Shown here piece after piece: positions 27,885-35,490 of a DNA stretch of 64,000 nt (positions within the stretch are counted from its first letter, which is position 1; the number at the start of each line of letters is the position of its first letter). This stretch comes from Chitinophagaceae bacterium. GTDB taxonomy: Bacteria; Bacteroidota; Bacteroidia; Chitinophagales; Chitinophagaceae. The translations under genes and the position numbers were made by a program. Location of the stretch: positions 362,596 to 426,595 of the forward strand of contig DASPKM010000004.1 in the NCBI GenBank assembly GCA_035628135.1, written 5' to 3'. The notes under the pieces were generated by a model. The model was not told the DNA's origin. It did not search any database and saw only the letters and a list, made by a program, of their open reading frames with translations.

Positions 27885-28625
27885 TTATTTTCCGTCGTCT
27901 GTCAAAGTTCCGTTCTGGATAAACCTGATCTGCACTTTTGTATCATCAGTTGCGCCGGGAACGCCAGACAGCAATATTGTGTACACCCTTCCCTGGGCAA
28001 CGTCTATCGTCCTGCTGGCATCGATGGCTGCGCCATTCTTTGCGGCAACGGTCAACTGGCCGGGAGCAACCGCTTTAAATTCACTAACACCTGCATAAGT
28101 TGCAGTTTCATTTACTACGGTATTGCCACCTGCGGAAATGGTAACGAGCGGTGTATTTACCGAATCGGTAATGGCATTTACATAACGTATGTATGCCTGG
28201 CCCGATGCAGCGGACAAGCTATCGATGTTATCCTGCACCACTACGTTGCGGTAGCTGTTGTTGGCTCCTACTACGAATACCGAATAGTACTTGTCGTCTT
28301 TAAATTCATAATCAACGCTGGCCAGCGGCTTGCTTGCAGGATAATCAAAACTTTGAACGGGCCTGTTGCCTATGTATATATTCTGATATCCCCCGGTATA
28401 ACTGGTGTAGCTCAGCGGCGTACGCGTGAGCAGGTTGCCTGAAAGCGTAACCACCACCGACCGCTGGTCGGGCGCCAGGTTAACGGCCATCAACCCCGCA
28501 GCGGGAACGTCAACATTGTTATCGTTGTTCTTGGTACATGCTGCAAACAATACTGCTGCCGCCACTATCGCTATACCGGCAAACAAATTCCGGCGGAAGC
28601 TCAAAGAGACCTTCTTCATATTCAT
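27885..28625 (-). CDS. DUF4397-like lipoprotein
   Basis: Lipobox (FAAC) and the repeated beta-rich pattern typical of DUF4397. Assigned by eye. Confidence 0.55.
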   Translation of the reverse strand: MNMKKVSLSFRRNLFAGIAIVAAAVLFAACTKNNDNNVDVPAAGLMAVNLAPDQRSVVVTLSGNLLTRTPLSYTSYTGGYQNIYIGNRPVQSFDYPASKPLASVDYEFKDDKYYSVFVVGANNSYRNVVVQDNIDSLSAASGQAYIRYVNAITDSVNTPLVTISAGGNTVVNETATYAGVSEFKAVAPGQLTVAAKNGAAIDASRTIDVAQGRVYTILLSGVPGATDDTKVQIRFIQNGTLTDDGK

Positions 28626-28878
28626 CTATATTTTTTTGATTTAAAAAAACTGGTTAAGCACGCAGGAAGAAATGGTTATGATATGCCCCGGTTGGATTTA
28701 GGAGGCACCAAAGTTATTTAAACAACCTTTGCTGTTTTTATAATGAAATGATAAAGCATCGTTAAGCAAACTCTAAAAAGCCATTCATGATTTCATGCGC
28801 ACCGGGGCGAATGGCCCGTATTTCAGGCGGGATATCACAATTCCTTTTTTTATTGTACGATTGGGCTTACTTTAAATC

Positions 28879-29862
28879 ATGATACAGCCGCTTGAAGCAA
28901 AACAGGACCTTGCAGTAAGCCTTTCCAATGGCGTGCGCTCCACCGCAGGCAAGGTGTGGGATGTACTGACGGCAAGCAGGGATGGGAACCTGCAGCGCGT
29001 ACAGCAATTGGTGAATGAATGCGCGGAGCTGGCCTATGCACAATACAATTATACGCCTCCCATTCATTTTGCAGTAAGAGAGGGACATGCAGAACTGGTG
29101 CAATACCTGCTTGGTCTCGGCGCACTGGACCCATCTTATATCACGTATCCTTTCAAGGAAACGCTTCTTACAGTTGCGCAGGACAGGGGCTATCGCGCTA
29201 TAGCAGGCATGTTGCAGCAATATCTCAGCGACCCCTCGCTCTGTAAATTCAAAGGTGATAATGGCGAGATACACTACAATCAAACGCCGGTACAACAAGC
29301 CTTTCAAAAAGCAGTAGACAAAGGCGACATCTGCACAACAGCGGCATTGCTACTCGATCATGCCGACCTGCTGCAAACCGATAATTATTTCTGGGGTGAA
29401 GGCATACTCATGATGCCGGCCAAAGACCCGAATCCTGAAATGGTGAAATTATTGCTTGACCATGGCGCCAAAGTTCCAGGCGTATCAAAATGGGGACGGT
29501 TTTATTATTTCAAGCACTACCCTATGGCTGTATTCCTGATGCAGCACGGCATGAATCCAAATCACATGAACTGGCATCATGTAACGTTATTGCACGATAT
29601 GGCACAGGAAGGCGACTTGCAAAAAGCCCGGCTACTGTTGCAGCATGGCGCTGATGTGGACCCGTTAGAAGAAGAATACTGTTCTACGCCACTCGGAATG
29701 GCGGCGAGGTGGGGACATGTTGAAATGGTTGAACTTTTATTGCAGCAAGGCGCGGACGTGCACACAGCGGGCGTTGACTGGGCTACACCGTTACAATGGG
29801 CAAAGCGAAAAGGACATGAACGCATCGAAGCGATGCTGCGTGAAGCCGGCGCCGAACATTGA
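28879..29862 (+). CDS. ankyrin-repeat protein
   Basis: Several ANK repeats (TPPIHFAVREGHAELVQYLLGLGA; TPLGMAARWGHVEMVELLLQQGADV). Confidence 0.85.
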   Translation: MIQPLEAKQDLAVSLSNGVRSTAGKVWDVLTASRDGNLQRVQQLVNECAELAYAQYNYTPPIHFAVREGHAELVQYLLGLGALDPSYITYPFKETLLTVAQDRGYRAIAGMLQQYLSDPSLCKFKGDNGEIHYNQTPVQQAFQKAVDKGDICTTAALLLDHADLLQTDNYFWGEGILMMPAKDPNPEMVKLLLDHGAKVPGVSKWGRFYYFKHYPMAVFLMQHGMNPNHMNWHHVTLLHDMAQEGDLQKARLLLQHGADVDPLEEEYCSTPLGMAARWGHVEMVELLLQQGADVHTAGVDWATPLQWAKRKGHERIEAMLREAGAEH

Positions 29863-30073
29863 TTGCAATCAAACGTCAACGCCGTAAAAAAACTTTTAGA
29901 AAAATTTGGAAACATCAAAAAAATATTTCCATCTTTGCATTCGCAAATCAACAACATGCATCGCAGACCTATAAATACAATGATTGACCGGTTTAGTTCC
30001 GAGAAGGGCTATACCAACGGTGGGGCATGTTATGCTACAGAATGAGTCATAAAAACTATTCCGATATAACAGA

Positions 30074-30103
30074 CCCCGCACAAAATTGCGGGGTTTTTAA
30101 TTT
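30074..30103 (+). terminator. rho-independent terminator
   Basis: CCCCGCACAAAATTGCGGGG hairpin followed by TTTTTAATTT. Confidence 0.6.
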
Positions 30104-30110
30104 GGAACAT

Positions 30111-30266
30111 ATGCTGAAACAGTCACTACATAAACGAATTAAACAATTGACGGAAAGATCGATAGCATCCGAACGGGAGTATTGTGCCAAAAGGAATAGC
30201 AACGGTAATCCTGTTGATACGGAGCGAGATATTATCCATATACGGCCGAGGTATATCCAGACATGA
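30111..30266 (+). CDS. possible small protein (51 aa) bracketed by two terminators
   Basis: ATG at 30111 directly after the terminator. The ORF ends 25 nt before a second terminator. No homolog recognised. Confidence 0.25.
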   Translation: MLKQSLHKRIKQLTERSIASEREYCAKRNSNGNPVDTERDIIHIRPRYIQT

Positions 30267-30290
30267 CCTGCGCACGCAGGTAAATGTGGC

Positions 30291-30325
30291 AAGAAGCCCG
30301 GTCGATATGCGGCCGGGCTTTTTGT
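30291..30325 (+). terminator. rho-independent terminator
   Basis: GCCCGG-TCGATATGCGG-CCGGGC hairpin plus T5, just upstream of the tRNA cluster. Confidence 0.6.
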
Positions 30326-30333
30326 TGCCTTTT

Positions 30334-30409
30334 GGCCTGTTCGTCTAATGGTACAGGATACCACACTTTCGATGTGGGGATACGGGTTCGATTCCCGTAC
30401 AGGCTACCA
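30334..30409 (+). tRNA. tRNA-Glu(TTC)
   Basis: Acceptor GGCCTGT/ACAGGCT, anticodon arm CCACA-CTTTCGA-TGTGG, T-arm ACGGG-TTCGATT-CCCGT, encoded CCA. Confidence 0.8.
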
Positions 30410-30481
30410 GGTTCGTTGGTGTAATGGCTAACATAGCAGATTGTCGATCTGTTGACACGGGTTCGAATCCCGTACGAACCG
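30410..30481 (+). tRNA. tRNA-Asp(GTC)
   Basis: Acceptor GGTTCGT/ACGAACC, anticodon arm GCAGA-TTGTCGA-TCTGT, T-arm ACGGG-TTCGAAT-CCCGT. Confidence 0.8.
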
Positions 30482-30486
30482 CGCAC

Positions 30487-30558
30487 TGGTTTATAGTTCA
30501 ATGGACAGAACACCGCGCTACGAACGCGGAGATGAAAGTTCGATTCTTTCTAAACCAA
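30487..30558 (+). tRNA. tRNA-Arg(ACG)
   Basis: Acceptor TGGTTTA/TAAACCA (U1-A72), anticodon arm CCGCG-CTACGAA-CGCGG, T-arm GAAAG-TTCGATT-CTTTC. Confidence 0.7.
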
Positions 30559-30592
30559 CACCGCCAGCATTTGAAGGGATTGATATTCAGCA

Positions 30593-30664
30593 GATGATTT
30601 AGCTCAATGGTAGAGCAGCACCCTGATACGGTGCAGGTTGATAGTTCGAATCTATCAGTCATCA
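30593..30664 (+). tRNA. tRNA-Ile(GAT)
   Basis: Acceptor GATGATT/AGTCATC, anticodon arm GCACC-CTGATAC-GGTGC, T-arm GATAG-TTCGAAT-CTATC. Confidence 0.7.
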
Positions 30665-30665
30665 C

Positions 30666-30741
30666 TGGCTCGTAGCTCAATTGGCAGAGCTCCAGGTTTT
30701 TACCCTGGAGGTTGTGAGTTCGATCCTCACCGGGCCAACCA
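30666..30741 (+). tRNA. tRNA-Lys(TTT)
   Basis: Acceptor TGGCTCG/CGGGCCA, anticodon arm CCAGG-TTTTTAC-CCTGG, T-arm GTGAG-TTCGATC-CTCAC, encoded CCA. Confidence 0.75.
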
Positions 30742-30742
30742 T

Positions 30743-30815
30743 GGATGAATAGCTCAACTGGCAGAGCAACGGCTTGTTAAGCCGGAGGTTGAAAGTTCGA
30801 TTCTTTCTTCATCCG
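30743..30815 (+). tRNA. tRNA-Asn(GTT)
   Basis: Acceptor GGATGAA/TTCATCC, anticodon loop TTGTTAA, T-arm GAAAG-TTCGATT-CTTTC. Confidence 0.8.
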
Positions 30816-30949
30816 CCGTAGCATGACATTGACAATGTCATCACAAGAGCTTCCTCTTTTAAGGAAGGAACATGCCGTTGCATTCAAACCAGGCCTGTGC
30901 TTCAAAAAAGCATGGCAGTGCAGGAGTAGTAACTCCCTGTATGCTGTTG

Positions 30950-31140
30950 CTGCAGCGGATGTGTCAGCAACACTGCGTGTCGGGGGTTCGATTCCCCTTC
31001 ACATCACCATTTAACGGGTGTGATAGCTCAGTGGTTAGAGCAGCAGACAAATCGCGGGTTCGAATCCCGCACGGACTGTGAATCCGTTAGCTCAGGCGGT
31101 AGAGCACTACGCTCATAACGTAGAGGAAAAAGGGAGTCCA
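30950..31140 (+). pseudogene. tRNA-derived fragments / tRNA-like structured RNA (three incomplete cloverleaf modules)
   Basis: (i) 30958..31009: an acceptor plus T-arm minihelix ending in ACCA. (ii) 31016..31079: G(-1)-type acceptor and D-arm followed directly by a T-arm, with no anticodon arm, then a His-like anticodon hairpin ACGGA-CTGTGAA-TCCGT. (iii) 31081..31126: D-arm plus CAU anticodon arm (CTACG-CTCATAA-CGTAG) with no T-arm. No complete cloverleaf can be drawn. Confidence 0.35.
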
Positions 31141-31445
31141 CCACTCCTGTAACAAAGGTGACCATTATAAAAAGCCGGGTTGTTTGCCCGCGGTACTACC
31201 GCAGTCCGGTAAACACCTGCATGCAGGCTTCTCGGCAGTATGGCTTGCATTACTTCACAGGAGCAGCAATTGCCGATGAAGCCGGTGATCCCACATACAG
31301 GGGTAACCGGCAGAAGTCAAGGACGCTCCGATGAACTGATGCGAAAAAATACTGGCACTGCCTGCTTCCGTGGATACGGGATGGTGAACAATGCGGCTTT
31401 TTAATTTTTAAAACTTATAACAACCAATAACAACAGGAGGTAAAC

Positions 31446-32555
31446 ATGAAACGCGTATTGATCAACGCCTACCAGGTAGGCCTGGTATTCAGGCGCGGAA
31501 TGTACAAGCGCATGCTGAAGGAAGGCAAATACTGGTTATGGGCTTCCGATACCGTGTACGTGTACGACGTAACCAAGCCTTTTTATGCACCCGTTGAACT
31601 GAACATCCTGTTGCAGGATGCAGAGCTGGCCGATGCATTGCAGGTGATCGAAGTAAAAGACAACGAGATCGCGCTGCAATACGAAAATGGTTTGCTGAAA
31701 CAGGTACTGAACCCCGGACGGTACACTTTCTGGAAAAGTGTAATCCGCTATGATTTCATTCGCGCCGACATCAGCAAGATCGAGATCACTGAAAACATCG
31801 ACCGGTCTGTATTAATGAACAAACTGGTAGCTCCATACGTACGCTCTGTAACTGTAGAGAGCTACGAGAAAGCAGTTTTGTTCGTGGACGGCAAATATGT
31901 AAAGGTGCTGGAAAGCGGTGTGTACTACTGGTGGAAGAACAACATTGCCATCAACGTGGGCCGGGTAGATGGGCGGCAACAGCAATTAGAGATCAATGGA
32001 CAGGAAATCCTGACCAAAGACAAAGCTGCATTGCGCATCAATGCCTGGGCACAGTACAAGGTAACCGATATTGAAAAAGCGGTATTGGCCAACAAGGAAT
32101 ACGACAAGCAATTGTACGTAAACTTCCAGGTTGCATTGCGTGCTTACATCGGTACTTACACCCTGGATGAGTTGCTGGAGAAAAAAGAGACCATTGCTCC
32201 CGTGGTATTGCAAAACGTGCAGGAAAGCGCGGAAGCATTGGGCGTGGCAGTATATGGATTCGGTATCCGCGACATCATCCTGCCAGGTGACGTGAAGGAG
32301 ATCATGAACCAGGTGTTGATTGCCGAGAAAAAAGCTCAGGCAAACATCATCATGCGCCGTGAGGAAACTGCCAGCACACGCAGCCTGCTGAACACCGCCA
32401 AGCTGATGGAGGACAACGCAATGCTGTTCAAGTTGAAAGAAATGGAATACGTGGAGAAGATCGCAGACAAGATCAACAGCATCAGCGTAAGTGGCAACGG
32501 CATGCTGATCGAACAGTTGAAGCAGATCTTTGTGAAAAGTTCCGCACCCGGTTGA
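31446..32555 (+). CDS. SPFH/band-7 (slipin/flotillin-like) domain protein without an obvious TM anchor
   Basis: SPFH core and the coiled-coil tail VLIAEKKAQANIIMRREETA. Preceded by an AGGAGG SD-like motif. Confidence 0.75.
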   Translation: MKRVLINAYQVGLVFRRGMYKRMLKEGKYWLWASDTVYVYDVTKPFYAPVELNILLQDAELADALQVIEVKDNEIALQYENGLLKQVLNPGRYTFWKSVIRYDFIRADISKIEITENIDRSVLMNKLVAPYVRSVTVESYEKAVLFVDGKYVKVLESGVYYWWKNNIAINVGRVDGRQQQLEINGQEILTKDKAALRINAWAQYKVTDIEKAVLANKEYDKQLYVNFQVALRAYIGTYTLDELLEKKETIAPVVLQNVQESAEALGVAVYGFGIRDIILPGDVKEIMNQVLIAEKKAQANIIMRREETASTRSLLNTAKLMEDNAMLFKLKEMEYVEKIADKINSISVSGNGMLIEQLKQIFVKSSAPG

Positions 32556-32624
32556 TAGCTGACATCCGGTACTGTAATGGTGCCGGATGTTTTTATATCT
32601 TCATGTGCCTTGTAAACAACTACC

Positions 32625-33119
32625 ATGAAGGCCAAAACATTTACATTTTCGGGAACGGTCCACAACATCGAAAGCAATATGCCGGGCATACTTAACCCGA
32701 ATGTGTTGGTTCCTGAAGACATTGTGGACAGCCTGCACGCATTGGCAGGAAAAGAAAAGGGACCTGTGCAGGTGAAATGCGGGTTAAAGAAAAAATGGTA
32801 CAAGGCCAATATAGTAAAATACAAGGGCGCGTGGCGATTATACCTTCATGGGATCATGCGCAATGAAACCGGCATCGAAGTAGGCGATACCGTTCGTGTT
32901 ACATTGGTATACGATCCTGAAGCGCGCATGCCGCCAATGCCAAAGGCTTTTAAAGACGCGCTTGCCGCCAATAAACCGGCCAAAAAAATATGGCTGATGC
33001 AATCCAAATCGCGCAGAAAAGAGGTGCTCAATTATCTTAATTCCCTGAAGACGCAGGAATCAGTAGCGCGCAATGTGCAGAAGCTGATTGTGCAATTCCT
33101 GGAGAAACGAAAGCAATAA
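32625..33119 (+). CDS. DUF1905 plus YdeI/OmpD-associated family protein
   Basis: N-terminal DUF1905-like beta domain and C-terminal YdeI-like helical region (KEVLNYLNSLKTQESVARNVQKLI). Confidence 0.65.
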   Translation: MKAKTFTFSGTVHNIESNMPGILNPNVLVPEDIVDSLHALAGKEKGPVQVKCGLKKKWYKANIVKYKGAWRLYLHGIMRNETGIEVGDTVRVTLVYDPEARMPPMPKAFKDALAANKPAKKIWLMQSKSRRKEVLNYLNSLKTQESVARNVQKLIVQFLEKRKQ

Positions 33120-33215
33120 AAGCTCCATGATGAAGCGGCTGTTTGGACCAGCGGCATAAATTCTGCATATCACAGCTTACCGGCGAGGCTTGAAGCATTA
33201 AATGCTTTTTTATGA

Positions 33216-35486
33216 TTGTATATTGGAAAATGTATGGGACTTAAAGTGCACAGGGTGATATCGAGGCGCTTGCCTGAGCCGGGCTTAATGCCCGAGGACA
33301 CGCCGGAACTGCATGCGCTTGCACAGTATGTAAGGGCTGGCCGGTGCATTTTGTTCGTAGGCGCGGGACTGCCTTCAGGAGCGGGCCTTCCAACCTGGGT
33401 GGAATTGATGGAAAGGCTGGTGAAAAAGATCACCTGCTACGGTATTAATGAAGGCGTGGTACCCAATTATATCTCCCTCCCTGTTAGTGAAGAAGATGCC
33501 TGGAAAGACCCTGTGGTGGTTGCTGTACAAAAGGAACTAGGTAAAAAAACATTCGATCAATTGCTCAAGCAGATCCGTCGCACCACTGCCCTTACCTCGG
33601 AACCAGAGATCATCTTACTCGCATTGGAAATTGTGGGCCGCACTTCCATAGAACGCGCAGAGTTGATGCGGCTGCTGCAACAAAAGCGCTTTCCGGAGCT
33701 GGCCGAGTTTTGCCGCAACAGGTTGGGTAATGAACGGTTCAACCAGGAAATACGCAAGGCCCTGGTACCAAAATCCGGGTTGCCCGCGGCATTCCGCCAT
33801 ATTGTGCGCACGCCATTCGCGTGCATTGTAACCACTAATTTCGATACGTTGATCGAGCGAGCCTACGAACAATTCGGGCAAACGGGTATTCCACGCGCAC
33901 CCACGGGCGTTGAGCTTACACAGCTTGGCACGCTGCTGATAGATGATTCGTTTTTTGTATTGAAAGCGCATGGCGACGCGCTGCGTCCTGAAACGATGAT
34001 ATTTTCAGCGAACGATTACCGCCGCCTCATTCATGCCACGCCCGCATTCCAGGCATTCTTCAACAGCATGCTAATGACGCATGCATTGCTGTTTGTAGGT
34101 TATTCATTGAACGATGCCAACTTTCGCCTGTTATTGGACCAGCAGTTTACGATGTTCAACGGGCAGGTGCCGCCGCGCTATGCATTGCTAAGCGGTGTTG
34201 GCGCCGCGGAAGAAGATATTCTGTGGCAAACCGCCCGGCTACAGGTGCTCTCCTATCCCGATGGAAAGCACGAGCACGTAGAAAGATTTTTAGGAAGGCT
34301 TGCAAGGGTCACGAAACAACCAGGCGCCATCATTCCTTCGAAACCGGCGACGCCTTCGCCCAAAACAGGCATCATCAATACAGACGAAGCATCTACACTG
34401 TTCAACACCAGCATCCGCGATGGAAGGTTGTTGGTTGAACTCGTACGGCCTGCCAATTCTAAAACGCAGCCCACCACATGGGCCATGCAGGTAAGCCAAA
34501 AGGATTTTGAGGACTTTAAGTCATCGATCAAAGACGTGGTAAAAGCACACACGCAATATCACTCGGCCATGCCCGAAATAAATGCCATCAAAGAACATTT
34601 TTTGAAATTGTTTCCTGCGGAGCTGTTTCGAAAGCTGGCGGCATTGAAACCGGGCTCGCCCATTCGTTTTGTTTGCAGGCATGGAACGCACCGCATACCC
34701 TGGGAATGGTTGCCGGCGGCCAAAACACCGCTATGCCTGAGACATTCGGTTTCACGATGCCCCATCACATTAAGCGATACGGCGCGGGGCTACCGCATAC
34801 TCAACAAAAGGGTTCGCGCACTTATCATTGGCGACGCGGGCAGCGGCCAGCCGCCCCAACTCTGGCCCCTGGACGAGGCAGAACGCGAAGCGACAGAAAT
34901 AGTAAAGCGGCTGCGGAATAAATTATCTCCTAAAGGGGTTACGCATTTGTCGAGGAAAACCGCCACCAGGAACCGCATCCTGCGCGAATTGCGGGAAGGA
35001 GATTATGATATCATCCATTTTGCAGGACATGCATGGTTCACCAACCGTGAATCTTATCTATGGGCCTGGGACAATGTAATGCTGGGTTCTGAGCTAACGC
35101 CCATGCTTAGCCGCAGGCCTCCGTCGTTGCTGGTAATGAGCACGCATTTCACCAGCTTCGTGCCGCTGGGGATTAATGAAGACCTGATGGCGAAGCTGGC
35201 CGGCAAAACCACAGCGCTGCACGAAATAGAAGCTCAGCATTCGCTCGACTTTGCCGAAAACGCCATGCGTTGCGGCGTAGCTACTTTCGTGGGCTCATTC
35301 GGCGAGCCTCCGGAAAAGGACACGGCCGACACCATGATCGCTTTTTATGAAGGGTTGCTGGCAGGCGATTCCGTGGCCGGCTCGCTGCTGAAAGCAAGGA
35401 AGCGCCGTGTCCAGAAAGGATTCACGAGCAGCCTCCTTGTAACAGCCACAGGTTATGGCGATCTGCGGCTGGTGAATAAAAAATGA
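33216..35486 (+). CDS. SIR2-like (SIR2_2) NADase-type domain fused to a CHAT-like caspase-fold domain; candidate antiphage defence protein
   Basis: N-terminal SIR2_2 motifs: ILFVGAGLPSGAGLPTW, IVTTNFDTLIE, VLKAHGD, LLFVGYSLND. C-terminal CHAT-like motifs: ALIIGDAGSG, DIIHFAGHAWF, LLVMSTHF (His in place of the catalytic Cys), and the tail VATFVGSFG...MIAFYEGLLAGDSVAGSLLKARKR. Confidence 0.75.
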   Translation: MYIGKCMGLKVHRVISRRLPEPGLMPEDTPELHALAQYVRAGRCILFVGAGLPSGAGLPTWVELMERLVKKITCYGINEGVVPNYISLPVSEEDAWKDPVVVAVQKELGKKTFDQLLKQIRRTTALTSEPEIILLALEIVGRTSIERAELMRLLQQKRFPELAEFCRNRLGNERFNQEIRKALVPKSGLPAAFRHIVRTPFACIVTTNFDTLIERAYEQFGQTGIPRAPTGVELTQLGTLLIDDSFFVLKAHGDALRPETMIFSANDYRRLIHATPAFQAFFNSMLMTHALLFVGYSLNDANFRLLLDQQFTMFNGQVPPRYALLSGVGAAEEDILWQTARLQVLSYPDGKHEHVERFLGRLARVTKQPGAIIPSKPATPSPKTGIINTDEASTLFNTSIRDGRLLVELVRPANSKTQPTTWAMQVSQKDFEDFKSSIKDVVKAHTQYHSAMPEINAIKEHFLKLFPAELFRKLAALKPGSPIRFVCRHGTHRIPWEWLPAAKTPLCLRHSVSRCPITLSDTARGYRILNKRVRALIIGDAGSGQPPQLWPLDEAEREATEIVKRLRNKLSPKGVTHLSRKTATRNRILRELREGDYDIIHFAGHAWFTNRESYLWAWDNVMLGSELTPMLSRRPPSLLVMSTHFTSFVPLGINEDLMAKLAGKTTALHEIEAQHSLDFAENAMRCGVATFVGSFGEPPEKDTADTMIAFYEGLLAGDSVAGSLLKARKRRVQKGFTSSLLVTATGYGDLRLVNKK

Positions 35487-35490
35487 CTTG

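Noticed and set aside
30816-31014. tmRNA (ssrA) gene
   Set aside because: A T-arm plus acceptor ending in ACCA is present, but there is no matching 5' acceptor strand or pseudoknot/tag-ORF region about 350 nt upstream. That space is occupied by canonical tRNAs.
30823-31081. Two overlapping plus-strand ORFs (63 and 69 aa) in the tRNA-remnant region
   Set aside because: They lie across tRNA-like hairpins and a palindrome and have no coding signature.
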